Shown one piece after another: positions 26,288-35,975 of a DNA stretch of 57,077 nucleotides. The first letter of the stretch is position 1. Each line of letters starts with the position of its first letter. Source of the stretch: a virus; IMG/VR virus record IMGVR_UViG_3300025000_000123, positions 1-57,077 of that record. One strand, 5' to 3'. Both the position numbers and the translations under genes were made by a program. A model generated the notes under the pieces. The model saw only the letters and a program-made list of their open reading frames with translations. It did no database searches and was not told the DNA's origin.

Positions 26288-27105
26288 TCACAGAAACGTT
26301 GCCCCCGCCATCGGATCGTCAGCAGGGAGGTCAGGCCGATAGTCGAGACAGCCGGGCAAGGACGGGGCTTTACGTTCCACCGGGGCAGCCGGGGCGCCCG
26401 AGGCTTGCCCGCTCTTGTCCCAGATCGCCGGGCCCGGGTCCTTGCCGACCGCCCGGATCATCACCCTACCGAGCGTGTACTCGAGCAGCGGGCCGGCCTC
26501 TTGCACCACCATCTTCCGGACGTCCAGAGCGGTCACCGGTGAGCATGATGGCAGTCCCTCTAGCCGGAGCTGGAGCCATGCCATCACGTCCACGTACTGG
26601 CTATACTTCAGCTTCCGGAGGCTGCCGGGTCCGCTGGACTGCCAGTGACTGCATTCGAGGTCGAGTCCTGCCCAGAGGATCGGCTGTCCACGAAGGACTT
26701 TTTTTTCGCCTCGATGTCCTCCATGACGGCTCGGGCCAGTTTCCCGGCGAGCACTGCCCAGTCGAGCATCGACAGGTAGTCGTCCACCTCGGGCCCCTGG
26801 AGATCCGCCTGCACGGTCCGGCACCATGCGACCAACTGGTCAGGTGTCAAACGCCCGACTTTCGGCACCTCGAAATCAGGCAGGTAAATCTGACCGTCGA
26901 GCTCGAGCGCTCGGATGGACAGCCCGAGGACCGCCACAGACGTCAAGAGCGCCCTCTGGACGTCGGGCAGGTCTACCTGACTCAGCGCTCCCTCGACGGC
27001 CGCCAGGGTATCCGGACGGGCCGGTACAAAGTGAACAACGATGCCTTCGACAAAGGTAAGCCGTTTGGTCAACCGACCCGGAACAAAAGTTTCAACCTGT
27101 TTCAT
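26288..27105 (-). CDS. Tail assembly chaperone GT-like fusion produced by a -1 frameshift near 26700
   Basis: The ORF ending at 26288 is in the -1 frame relative to G (checked by coordinates modulo 3). It is open across the A-run and lacks its own RBS/start. Confidence 0.6.
26608..27105 (-). CDS. Tail assembly chaperone (G-like, zero-frame product)
   Basis: AAGGGGAG RBS before ATG 27105. Lies between the tail tube and the tape measure. Contains the slippery site. Confidence 0.7.
   Translation of the reverse strand: MKQVETFVPGRLTKRLTFVEGIVVHFVPARPDTLAAVEGALSQVDLPDVQRALLTSVAVLGLSIRALELDGQIYLPDFEVPKVGRLTPDQLVAWCRTVQADLQGPEVDDYLSMLDWAVLAGKLARAVMEDIEAKKKSFVDSRSSGQDSTSNAVTGSPADPAASGS
26698..26706 (-). 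promoter_or_regulatory. Programmed -1 frameshift slippery sequence GCG AAA AAA AAG (A8 run)
   Basis: T8 run on the plus strand at 26699-26706. The zero frame reads E-A-K-K-K-S and the -1 frame reads K-K-V-L-R-G-Q. Confidence 0.65.
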
Positions 27106-27166
27106 TTTTAAACTCCCCTTTGGAAAAATCCCCCCCCACGCGGTGATTCCCCTCCACACCACACGA

Positions 27167-27691
27167 TCAACTCTTTGCCCAGTTCTCCACGATATCGATG
27201 TTCACCGGGTAACCGACGTGCCCGTTGACCTCGGTCGTTTCCCCCAGTTCCCGGACGCCGAACGCAGCCGTCAGGACCTGGTTTGCCCCCGCGGCCCCTG
27301 CCCCGTAGAGCGTTACCTCGAGGTCAAGCATGGGCTCGGTCGCACTGGTGAGCGGGCATGTGGTGGTCAGACCGGACAGCAGATTCCCGCGGTGCAGTTG
27401 CTGGAGCAGCCAGAAGAGCGGATAGTCCGCGTCCGTGGTGTTGGTCAGGTCCTCAGCAGCCACCGTGAACGACATCTGCATCGGCGCCGCCACACCGTTG
27501 TCACTGTAGCCGTACAGTGCCCGGTCACCACCGGACTGAGCGGAGTAGGCCACCTTTTCCCGCAAGAGCTCGAGCGGGATGGAGACGAACGAGTTCTGAA
27601 GTGTGGTTACGGTTTTGGACAGAGTCCCGGACAGATCCTTGATCCGGAGTCCGACGTCTTTTGCAGCGATGAGCCTGTGAGTTTCAGCCAT
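27167..27691 (-). CDS. Major tail (tube) protein
   Basis: Position immediately upstream of the chaperone pair, and size (174 aa). Confidence 0.55.
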   Translation of the reverse strand: MAETHRLIAAKDVGLRIKDLSGTLSKTVTTLQNSFVSIPLELLREKVAYSAQSGGDRALYGYSDNGVAAPMQMSFTVAAEDLTNTTDADYPLFWLLQQLHRGNLLSGLTTTCPLTSATEPMLDLEVTLYGAGAAGANQVLTAAFGVRELGETTEVNGHVGYPVNIDIVENWAKS

Positions 27692-28013
27692 TTGAGCAAC
27701 CTTTCAGTGTGTCCAGGACGTTGCCCAGACGTTCGATCAATAGCGCTACCTGGCGATACGGAATGTTCTGGCTGGTCAGCGAGCGCTCGATTCCGACGTT
27801 GGCGAAGTAGGGTAACATGCCCCCTCTCGCCCCCGCCTTTTCCGGTCGGTGGATCTCGCCCCACGCCTGGATGGTCTCGACAGTCTCCCGCAGAGTTGAT
27901 GCGCTGCAACGGATGGACGGGTGTTTCTCCGGTTCCGTCTCTGTCGCCAGCCTGGCTTCCAAGTATGAGCGCAACTCCTGCACTCTGTCGAGCCTGATGT
28001 CTTTACACTCCAT
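27684..28013 (-). CDS. Head-tail joining / tail terminator-type protein
   Basis: ATG 28013 after AGGAG. Position only. Confidence 0.5.
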   Translation of the reverse strand: MECKDIRLDRVQELRSYLEARLATETEPEKHPSIRCSASTLRETVETIQAWGEIHRPEKAGARGGMLPYFANVGIERSLTSQNIPYRQVALLIERLGNVLDTLKGCSNG

Positions 28014-28023
28014 CGCCAGACTC

Positions 28024-28527
28024 CTAGGACTTGCAGCCCACAACGATCAGGGTGATGACGGCGTTTCCAGACCCGGCAACCGCGGTAAACACGAGGTTTT
28101 TCGAGCCGGCAGTCACCGGGATCTCTCCGTCACAGTTGATCAACAAGTCCATTCCCGGATGAATCCGGAGCACATCGGCAGCAACCTTTAGCAGTCCCAC
28201 CCATTGTGTGCCGACACCTGAACTTAACTCTGCCTCAACCGTCCCGGAGTTTCGAATATAAATCGCCTTGATTCCGCCCACCAGCGTGATACTTGCGCCA
28301 TCAGGATCGGTCAGTGCGGTCAGGTCGATCTCAGCTCCAGCGGCACCAGCAGCGATGGTCTGCTCGATTACGGCGGCACCGTTGGCCTGTCCCGTTCCGG
28401 TCCCAGCAGCGTACTGCTGGACCTTCTCGAGCAGTTGGGCATATGATTTTGCCTGAGTCGCCGTGCCGGCATCCTGTCCGACGACCAGTTTCATTGAGAG
28501 CGATGCGTTGCGAAGTGTCGCGGTCAT
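28024..28527 (-). CDS. Structural protein (167 aa), neck/tail module
   Basis: AGGAG RBS. Position only. Confidence 0.5.
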   Translation of the reverse strand: MTATLRNASLSMKLVVGQDAGTATQAKSYAQLLEKVQQYAAGTGTGQANGAAVIEQTIAAGAAGAEIDLTALTDPDGASITLVGGIKAIYIRNSGTVEAELSSGVGTQWVGLLKVAADVLRIHPGMDLLINCDGEIPVTAGSKNLVFTAVAGSGNAVITLIVVGCKS

Positions 28528-28536
28528 TGGAAACTC

Positions 28537-29001
28537 CTATCGTGCGATGTATCGCACCAAAAGACTGAACGTTGTGTAAATCGTTGTCTCGTCAGCATTC
28601 ATAGTCCGGGTCCACGCCGGGATCTCGACGACATACTGGTTACGAATGGCCAGGAGCGCCAATCTGACCCGCTCCTCTCTCTGCAGGTGCGTTACCAGGC
28701 TCAGCTGCTCTGCTTCCACCCGGTCCTTTGCCCGCAGTGTCGTCGCAATCTGTAGGTCCCACGCGGATTCGATGGACTCTCCCTGGCGCGATTGGACCGC
28801 ACCGGTATTGCGCGCGGTCCGAGGAAGCAGGCTGAACCACCTGGTCAGCGGCTCAGGAGGTGCCGACGGCCCGTCAAGCCGGAAGCCCTCAGCCCAGAGG
28901 GTGGCAGCGGTCACATCGTTCTCAGTCGTGGCACCGGTGCCTGACCATGCCTCGATTGCTGCCCGGGCTCTGGCTACAAAGTCATGGTCGGATTGGCTCA
29001 T
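28537..29001 (-). CDS. Head-tail connector-type protein
   Basis: ATGA coupling at 29001/28998. Position only. Confidence 0.5.
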   Translation of the reverse strand: MSQSDHDFVARARAAIEAWSGTGATTENDVTAATLWAEGFRLDGPSAPPEPLTRWFSLLPRTARNTGAVQSRQGESIESAWDLQIATTLRAKDRVEAEQLSLVTHLQREERVRLALLAIRNQYVVEIPAWTRTMNADETTIYTTFSLLVRYIAR

Positions 29002-29750
29002 CGTGACCACCTCGAACTCGCTGAGCCGGTCGCTACACCGGGCAGGCTCCAGTAGACGTGTGACTCCGTGGTATCCGTCGAGACAAGTCCGGATTTGTCA
29101 GCGTCATAGTCAAAGCCCAGGGACTCGAGCTCAGCGCGGTATTGCGTCATGTGGTCAGCCGCCGCCTCTTTGTAGCCCGAGTCGGCTTTGCGCGAGGCCA
29201 TTCCCGCCGCCTGGAAAATAAGGGCCAGTGCCCGGTGGCGCTCGGCAAAGTTAAAATCCTCTGGACTCATCACGAGATAGGGGTATCTCTTGCTCTTCTG
29301 GATGTCCTTTGCCACAGCCACCCAGGCAGACCGCAGGACCCGCTCGAACGTGGGCACGCTCGCCGTCTGCATCACGTCGGCAAGCGTGGGGTACCAGTCC
29401 GTCAGGTGCTGCTCGGTCAGTGTGGACCGAAACGGCGTGAGGCATGCGTCAGCCGAGAACCGGAACGGGTAGACCACTGACGCGATTGTGACAGCCCAGA
29501 TCTCGGTGTATCCCGGTCCCAGGTCGGCGGTGCTGGCCAGGGTCACGGAATAACTGGCTGAGGTCCCTCCTGCCCCTGGTACTGTCGCCGCTGCAGCATC
29601 AACCAGGACGGTGCCGCCCGGGCTGTACAGGGTGTAGGTTGACGAGGTCGGCGTCAGGAGTGTTGAGCCGTCGTCGTCCACGAGGCGGATCGATGCAACA
29701 GTGGGTAGTTCGCGTGTGAACCATGTCCTCAGTTCTCGATCGACCTTCAT
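28998..29750 (-). CDS. Head-tail adaptor-type structural protein (250 aa)
   Basis: GGGGAG RBS. Position only. Confidence 0.5.
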   Translation of the reverse strand: MKVDRELRTWFTRELPTVASIRLVDDDGSTLLTPTSSTYTLYSPGGTVLVDAAAATVPGAGGTSASYSVTLASTADLGPGYTEIWAVTIASVVYPFRFSADACLTPFRSTLTEQHLTDWYPTLADVMQTASVPTFERVLRSAWVAVAKDIQKSKRYPYLVMSPEDFNFAERHRALALIFQAAGMASRKADSGYKEAAADHMTQYRAELESLGFDYDADKSGLVSTDTTESHVYWSLPGVATGSASSRWSR

Positions 29751-29818
29751 GGCACTCCCCTAAAAAGCCCAGGCAGAGGGACCGGAGGGGAGTGAGAATA
29801 GCCCCCCTGCCCAGGCAA

Positions 29819-29929
29819 CTACTTCCGCTTGCGCGGCTTTTTCGTCTCAAGCTTGACCGGCTTTTCTGCCGGCTCGGCCTTCTCAGGTTTTTCCGGTTGT
29901 TGCACCGGAGCGCCGAACACAAAGCTCAT
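29819..29929 (-). CDS. Possible small Pro/Lys/Glu-rich basic peptide (36 aa), below the track cut-off
   Basis: ATGA coupling to the stop of 29926..30249. MSFVFGAPVQQPEKPEKAEPAEKPVKLETKKPRKRK. Confidence 0.3.
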   Translation of the reverse strand: MSFVFGAPVQQPEKPEKAEPAEKPVKLETKKPRKRK

Positions 29930-30249
29930 AGTGCAAACGTCCCGTTATTGCCGTTGATCGTCAGTGTCGCGGAATTCGCATCCGCGGAGATCCAGCAGGA
30001 CACCGCCGTGTAGCAGTAGCCCGCCCGGACGTCAAGTTTCGCGGTCCCGCCCTTCGTCCCGGAGTTGACGCTGAAGGTCCCGAGGGACACCCACCTCGTG
30101 CCGTCCCACCCGATCACGTCGTATGTCGCATCGGCCCCTCCCGCGGTCTGGGTCGCACTCACGTGGACGTCGATGCCGGACAGAGCCATTGAGCCAGCAG
30201 CGGGGGCTGCGGTCGGCCACGCGCCGATGATGGGGGTGATGGTCTTCAT
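29926..30249 (-). CDS. Small beta-rich structural protein (107 aa)
   Basis: Position in the head module. Composition typical of Ig-like decoration domains. Confidence 0.5.
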   Translation of the reverse strand: MKTITPIIGAWPTAAPAAGSMALSGIDVHVSATQTAGGADATYDVIGWDGTRWVSLGTFSVNSGTKGGTAKLDVRAGYCYTAVSCWISADANSATLTINGNNGTFAL

Positions 30250-30250
30250 T

Positions 30251-30448
30251 TTATGCCTCTGACGTTTCGGTCGGCTGCTGAGACTTCAGTTGCTCGAGCA
30301 CCTGCGCATTAGCTGTGATAGCTCCGTCGATCCGGAGCATCGTGTCCTGCACCCGGCGCGTCTCCGCAGCCGGAGCCTCGAGCCGTTTCATGCCCTTTTC
30401 CCGCTCGCCGAGCAGACGTTTCAACTCGTTTCCAAGATACTCTTCCAT
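30251..30448 (-). CDS. Small coiled-coil protein (65 aa)
   Basis: AGGAGGGG RBS before ATG 30448. Confidence 0.5.
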   Translation of the reverse strand: MEEYLGNELKRLLGEREKGMKRLEAPAAETRRVQDTMLRIDGAITANAQVLEQLKSQQPTETSEA

Positions 30449-30512
30449 ATCCCCTCCTTGAGGATGGGCCGGTTGCCAGGCCCGGTTGAGCTGTTACATT
30501 GTGATCGTTCTA

Positions 30513-32810
30513 CTACCTCGCCTGCACAACCTGGATGCAGTCGATCTCGATGAGATCAGTGTCGGCGCCGCCGTCCTTCTGGATGGCAACGATCGGCTGG
30601 ACCATCGTATTCGCGCCCACTCCGCTCATGTCGAGAGTGTCCGAATCGAGCAGAACTGCCCCGGTCGCGTCGTAGACCCGGAACGCCGTGGTGGCCAGGG
30701 TCGTGAAGTCGATCTCGAACCAATACCACGTGTTGTCCACGTAGTCGGTGCCGGTGTCCGTATCATCGACGTCTACTCCGTCATCCTTTTCGATGAGGAT
30801 GTCGAGGTTCGCGCCTTCCATCCGAAACCAGGCGTTGGTGGTCACAGTGTCGAGGTCGGCTGCGTAGTCAGATGCCACGCCGAGCACGATCCGCTGGTCC
30901 GCGCTCAGTGTCGCCCCCGCCAGGTTGACACGTGCCCGGAACCGCACGATGGGGCCCTTGCTGAGGTTGATCATTAACTGATCACCCCAGTCGAGATGCA
31001 TCGCCTGTGCTTCGGCATCGGCGCTGTGGGCGAGCTGGTAGATACCGGCTGCGGCATCGGCCACGTAGTCGATCGTCGAGTTCACCGTGCTCTCAGCAGC
31101 TGCCCACGGAGTCGGAAGCGTGGCACCCGATGCCGCCTCGAAGTCCTGCAGCATCTCGTGGTAGGCGAACCGTCGCATGCCCTTCTGGGCCTCGAACGGT
31201 ACCTCGACAAACGTCCGTTCGACGTTGTCGGAGGTGCAGAATCCGATGTAATCCACAGCCCCCTGGGAGAACGTGGCGGCAGCACCTTCGTTGTCCTTCA
31301 GCTCGAAATCGATAGCCTGGGTGGACAGATCCACCGTCGGGGCATCGATATCGATCTGGGTGTCAGAGATGAGGTTAACGTCGCCGACGCCGCCCTCGAT
31401 GTTGGTTACGACAGTGGCAGCCGCTCCGATGTTGACAGTGCGCGCGCCAGCCGTTGCAAAGTTGGCATCCTGCGCCACGTTGTCGTTGGCGATCGAAACC
31501 GCGCCGCCGGAACTGTTGATCTGTACCGCACCCGACGCGTCCAGATCCACGGTCGTCACGCCGGAGGTGCTGACCGCGCCCGCTCCGTCGAAACTCAGCA
31601 GGGCGGTGTCGTCGCCGAATTCCGCCGAGGTGGCCCCTCGTGCAGACAGACCGGCAGCCGCGTCAATGTCCACACCGCCCGCGGAGGCGTTCAGCCGGAG
31701 GGCGTCCGTGCCGGTCCCGGTGGACTGGAGGATCAGGCTCGAGTTCGTGGCGCCCGTGACCTCAATCGTGAGGTCCTGAGCGTCACCGCTGGTCGCCAGG
31801 CTGATATTTGAGACAGCGCCATCGATGTCGATGCTGAACGCCTGGCCGGCGTCCATTGCCAGGTCAAACGTTCCCGTCGGGTCGAGGTCGATATTCGTGC
31901 CGGTCATGGTTAATGCAGCAACGCTCACATCGAGGCCGTTTTGGGCATCCACGTTGCCCGGGAAAGTGACCTGGCCGTTGCCGACCTGGGTGAGGACAGG
32001 GTTGGTCGCCGCGTTGCCGAGTTTCACCGATGCGCCCGCATTGGCGGTGTCGATCTCCAGGTAGTTGTTGGCCCCTTCCTGCACCAAAAACGCGCCTGCG
32101 AGGTCGTCGGCCACATGAAGCGTAATCGTCTTGGTCGCGTCCATGGCCAGATCGACAGTGCCGGTCGGGTCAAGGTCGATGTCGCTGGCTGTCAGGGTGA
32201 ACACCCCGGACGGGGTCAACGAGAGTGTCGTAACGCCAGACGTTGATGCCGCTCCGGCTCCGTCGAATGCCAAATAGCCGGTGTCATCGCCGAACTGCGA
32301 GGCCCCACCGCCTCGCACCGTCACAGCCCCGGACGGCGTGATATTGAGGGAGACCATGCCGGTTTCGGTCACGATGCCCGCATCAAACTGCAGGTCGCAT
32401 GTACCGTCGTTGAGGTTGATCTGGTCGTCCGCGGACAGACTCAACCGCCCTTCGCCCGCTCCTGCGTTGACGCTGTCAATCGCGAGCAGGAGATTGCCCA
32501 CTGCGTTTCCGCTGAGTTGCCAGGTGGACGACGCATCGGCGGTGATGTCCAGCCCTGCGGAGGCGGTGCTGTTTACGATCAGGTCAGTCAGCAGCCCCGC
32601 CACGCCGAAATCATTGCCGTCAGCCGGGAGCGCCGTCCACGCCGTGCCCTTGTTGACGGTCACGTAGATCATCGTTGTGACCGTGCCGCCCTTGCGCAGG
32701 TAGAGCGCGTGGTTTTCGGTGATGATGCCTCCACACGTGCCGGACGGGGCAGCCGTCCCCGAGACGACCTGGAAGTTATTGACGCTGATATCCGGAAACT
32801 TGGTGATCAT
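30513..32810 (-). CDS. Large repeat-rich fibre/beta-helix-like virion protein (765 aa) with a distinct C-terminal globular domain
   Basis: AGGAG RBS. Gly/Asp/Thr/Ala/Ser-rich with internal duplications (GDDTGYLAFDGAGAASTSGVTT vs GDDTALLSFDGAGAVSTSGVTT; DIDLDPTGTVDLAMDA vs NIDLDPTGTFDLAMDA). Confidence 0.65.
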   Translation of the reverse strand: MITKFPDISVNNFQVVSGTAAPSGTCGGIITENHALYLRKGGTVTTMIYVTVNKGTAWTALPADGNDFGVAGLLTDLIVNSTASAGLDITADASSTWQLSGNAVGNLLLAIDSVNAGAGEGRLSLSADDQINLNDGTCDLQFDAGIVTETGMVSLNITPSGAVTVRGGGASQFGDDTGYLAFDGAGAASTSGVTTLSLTPSGVFTLTASDIDLDPTGTVDLAMDATKTITLHVADDLAGAFLVQEGANNYLEIDTANAGASVKLGNAATNPVLTQVGNGQVTFPGNVDAQNGLDVSVAALTMTGTNIDLDPTGTFDLAMDAGQAFSIDIDGAVSNISLATSGDAQDLTIEVTGATNSSLILQSTGTGTDALRLNASAGGVDIDAAAGLSARGATSAEFGDDTALLSFDGAGAVSTSGVTTVDLDASGAVQINSSGGAVSIANDNVAQDANFATAGARTVNIGAAATVVTNIEGGVGDVNLISDTQIDIDAPTVDLSTQAIDFELKDNEGAAATFSQGAVDYIGFCTSDNVERTFVEVPFEAQKGMRRFAYHEMLQDFEAASGATLPTPWAAAESTVNSTIDYVADAAAGIYQLAHSADAEAQAMHLDWGDQLMINLSKGPIVRFRARVNLAGATLSADQRIVLGVASDYAADLDTVTTNAWFRMEGANLDILIEKDDGVDVDDTDTGTDYVDNTWYWFEIDFTTLATTAFRVYDATGAVLLDSDTLDMSGVGANTMVQPIVAIQKDGGADTDLIEIDCIQVVQAR

Positions 32811-32819
32811 GCCTTACTC

Positions 32820-33506
32820 CTAGTTCGGCACTCGCACCGTAGGAGGGGCGGGCCGTTTGCGGTATTCGTCGATCCGCCGCCGAAGTTCCTCGAGGGACTC
32901 GGCGGCCTTCTCGTATTCATCTTCTCGCCGTCGGGCGAGCATCATGCTGTTCTTGGCGGTCAGGGTGCTGATCTCCTCAGCCAGGCCCTTGAGGACATTC
33001 CCGGGCGTCCAGATCTCCGTCTTGATCCGGAGCGGCTTCCCGTTGTTCCGGGGGGCGAAGTGCTTTTCAAACGCGTCGATGGTCGCCGGGTCCAACAGTC
33101 TCTGCGCGTACAACACCCACTGCTGAGTGTCGCACTTCGCCGGGGGGAAGCCGATCAGGGCATGCACCGGGAACGCGTTCACGTCGAGCCCCTGGAGCGT
33201 GGCGGCATGGGGCGCGGTGTTCAACACCCCGTTGCTGTCGTACCCCACCCCCTGGATGCCGGCTTTGAATTCGATCCGCCGGACATCGGGGAGGATGAGC
33301 CGCAGAGACGCGTCGTAAAAAATCCCAACCGAGGGGAGGCGGCCAAAAAACCAATAGTAGGCCACCTCCATATAGCCCGGCTTGATCGGCCCGACCGTGC
33401 CCTTGGAGAGTTGCGGCTCTGCCGGATGATGGACCCCGTGAGCCGGGATAATAACCTTCTGACCTGGTGTGATCTCGAGACCTGACGAGTGAAAGTGAGC
33501 GAACAT
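32820..33506 (-). CDS. Head-associated protein (228 aa)
   Basis: AGGAGGGG RBS. Immediately downstream of the capsid gene. Confidence 0.55.
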   Translation of the reverse strand: MFAHFHSSGLEITPGQKVIIPAHGVHHPAEPQLSKGTVGPIKPGYMEVAYYWFFGRLPSVGIFYDASLRLILPDVRRIEFKAGIQGVGYDSNGVLNTAPHAATLQGLDVNAFPVHALIGFPPAKCDTQQWVLYAQRLLDPATIDAFEKHFAPRNNGKPLRIKTEIWTPGNVLKGLAEEISTLTAKNSMMLARRREDEYEKAAESLEELRRRIDEYRKRPAPPTVRVPN

Positions 33507-33547
33507 AGGATTCCCCTCCTATTTCTGACCTATTCCCTTGGCCGCAA

Positions 33548-34609
33548 CTACGCGGTCACACCAGACTTGAACGCGAACACCTTGTTGGCGTCCAGCAAGA
33601 TTGCGTCGAAATCCGCCACGTAGCAGTATTCCTCCCCGTTCTCGGCCACCGGCACGGGGTACCGCATCACGCCGATCCCGTCGATGTCGGCCACCGATTC
33701 CGCGTCCCGCCGGAAGCTCGGAGTCTCGCGACCGAACAGGGCGAAGGCCGGCATGACCTCGTTGGAACCGCCGTTTCCTTCCTGCGCAGGCATGCTCGGC
33801 ACGAACAGAATGTTCAGGTAGTTCGAGCCCACGTCAGCCGTGGTGACCTCAGAGGAGAGGTTCGTCACGTACACGGCCACGTCATCGTAGACGAAGGACA
33901 GGCTGTCGATGTCGAGCTGCGCGCCCGTCGGCCACTTGGCCACGTACTCCTGAGCCGCCGGGCCGCTCAGATACGAAGCCGCCTGGGTACGGAGGTCGGC
34001 CAGGAGTTCGTTCTTGACCTTCTCGGGGCAGAGCAACACTACCTTTACGCGGGCGCCGGCGGTCGCGCGGATCGTCTGCACGCCGGTGGTCACCGTGGCC
34101 CAGATGGCCTTGAGTCCGGCGCGATCGGTGTTCGTGGTTCCCGCACCGGTCACGAGCGCCCACAGGTCCGCGGCAGCCTTTTGCATGATGGCGTGAATCG
34201 CGAGGTCGTGCATCGTCAGCTGGAACCCGGCCTGATCCTCGAGGTAGTTCAGCGCCTGCGAGGTGATGGCCGTTCCAATCGCGCTCTCGATCAGGGTGCT
34301 CGAGGCGGTGGTGATCGTCCCGAGGGCGGTCGGCGTGACTGCCGCATTCTCGTTGAGCTGCGCGGCGTTGGCGTATTCCGCGATGCTGGCCCCGCGCCCT
34401 TCGGTGTACCCCTGCTTGACGATCATCCGCTCGGCGAGCGCCAGGAACGCCGGGGGAGCCCACGCGGTGGTAAGCATGACCGGGGAGGCCTGGGTGCCGT
34501 TCGCGAACGAGGTAAAATTTCCCGTCGCCGTGGTGGTCGCGTTGGTCATGGCGCGCTGAATTGCCTTCCGTTCCGCGCGCTTGACGAATCTCATGATTCC
34601 GTGTCTCAT
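33548..34609 (-). CDS. Major capsid protein (353 aa)
   Basis: Size and position directly after the protease/scaffold gene. No motif-level proof. Confidence 0.7.
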   Translation of the reverse strand: MRHGIMRFVKRAERKAIQRAMTNATTTATGNFTSFANGTQASPVMLTTAWAPPAFLALAERMIVKQGYTEGRGASIAEYANAAQLNENAAVTPTALGTITTASSTLIESAIGTAITSQALNYLEDQAGFQLTMHDLAIHAIMQKAAADLWALVTGAGTTNTDRAGLKAIWATVTTGVQTIRATAGARVKVVLLCPEKVKNELLADLRTQAASYLSGPAAQEYVAKWPTGAQLDIDSLSFVYDDVAVYVTNLSSEVTTADVGSNYLNILFVPSMPAQEGNGGSNEVMPAFALFGRETPSFRRDAESVADIDGIGVMRYPVPVAENGEEYCYVADFDAILLDANKVFAFKSGVTA

Positions 34610-34636
34610 GGCTTTCCTTTCATGCCGGCCCGCGGG

Positions 34637-35851
34637 CTATCGGCGGAAACTGATGTGAACCGGGCCAGACTTCGGCGCTTCGTCGCCGCTGCCGACCTGC
34701 GGAGGATCTTTCTTTTCCGGCTGGACGATCGACCGGCTGATCGCCGCCTCGACCCGCGCATCCACCTGGCGTTCGATCTCCTTGGCGTCGATGGTCGGCA
34801 CCGGGCGCTTGGCGAGTGCTCGCTCGATCATGGATTCCATTTGCTCCGGTGTCACGGCCGGGGCAGGCTGTTCCTCGGCCCGCGCAGGCTCCGGCATCGG
34901 CAGCGGGTCACCGGCAAGGGTCACCGCGGACAGCGATCCGTCGGGCATGGTGAGCACCAACCCGGCAGCCGTGGCTCCCGGGAATTTGGCAAGGACTGCA
35001 CTTTCGTCAATCATTCGTTTCTCCTGCGAGCTCACGGCCCGCTCAAAAAGGGGGACATCTGCGGTGTTGGCCTCCTCGACCACGACCACGACCGGGGTAA
35101 CCGGAGCCGCCGCGACAGCGATCCGGAGATCCGGTTCCATCGGCGTCAGGACGGAGGCGGGCACAAAGGCCTGTTGGCTCACGACCTCGATCCGGTCGCT
35201 CAAGCCAACCTGACCGGCCATCAAGGACAGCCGCCACTGGTACAAGCGGGAACTGAGGTCAGGCCCGGAGCACTCAAAAACCACGTGCTCGAGGTCGTCA
35301 GAGAGGCTCTGGAAATACAGGTACTGAAATGCCTCCGGAAGATCCGCCTTGACCGCCTCTCGAATCTTGGCGATCAGGTCCCCGCCAGCTCGATCGACGT
35401 CCGCCACGATGCGCCGCTCTTGGTCTCCGATGGACCGTTGGTGCACGGACACCGGGTTGAACGAGGCGGGGTCGTCGGTCAGCCCCACGCCCCACACGGC
35501 GGAGACGTGGCCTTTGGCGTCGGTATCGAACTCCTGACTGACGTAGGATCCCTGCCATCCCTGCCACTTCTCGACGCCAAACGGTGTCCACTCGACGTCC
35601 ACGGCATAGAGCCCCTTATCGGGCACCGGTTCCAGGTTGAAAAAGCACATGGTCTCGCCGCGCTTATGCTCAAACTTTCCGGACAGCGGGCGCCCCAACT
35701 TCTGGTAGACGCCCATGATCCGCTCGAGGTCTGCGTTGTCCACAAGTGCGGGCAGTCCGTCTGTCGCAGGATTGGAGCCCATCTTGAATAACCGGAACCT
35801 GTCAGGCGGGTCCTCGCCCGTCAGGGGCTCGAGTACAGAGCGTTTTCTCAT
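34637..35851 (-). CDS. Prohead protease / scaffold (Mu gpI-like)
   Basis: FKMG...DG...GKFEHKRGE...GLYAVDVEWTPFGVEKW...SYVSQEF matches the Mu-like prophage protein I pattern (EH; GLW..V.WT; Y.SPEF). Ala/Pro/Glu-rich C-terminal half. ATG 35851 after GAGGA. Confidence 0.65.
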   Translation of the reverse strand: MRKRSVLEPLTGEDPPDRFRLFKMGSNPATDGLPALVDNADLERIMGVYQKLGRPLSGKFEHKRGETMCFFNLEPVPDKGLYAVDVEWTPFGVEKWQGWQGSYVSQEFDTDAKGHVSAVWGVGLTDDPASFNPVSVHQRSIGDQERRIVADVDRAGGDLIAKIREAVKADLPEAFQYLYFQSLSDDLEHVVFECSGPDLSSRLYQWRLSLMAGQVGLSDRIEVVSQQAFVPASVLTPMEPDLRIAVAAAPVTPVVVVVEEANTADVPLFERAVSSQEKRMIDESAVLAKFPGATAAGLVLTMPDGSLSAVTLAGDPLPMPEPARAEEQPAPAVTPEQMESMIERALAKRPVPTIDAKEIERQVDARVEAAISRSIVQPEKKDPPQVGSGDEAPKSGPVHISFRR

Positions 35852-35975
35852 GACATCCTCACGTGGTGATACCTTACCCATACGGCCAGATTCAGCCAGA
35901 CGCAACCGGATAGGGATTTAGGGCTTTACTTTGCCATTACACGGCATTAGGATGTAGGACAACGTTGGAGGCGGT

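Noticed and set aside
26257-27111. 284-aa plus-strand ORF opposite the tail chaperone genes
   Set aside because: It is antisense to the G/GT pair, whose frameshift architecture is self-consistent. Pro/Arg/Gly-rich shadow.
34181-35791. 536-aa plus-strand ORF across the capsid and protease genes
   Set aside because: It is antisense to genes with family-level motifs (Mu-I-like protease) and correct operon context. The sequence is Arg/Gly/His-rich low complexity.
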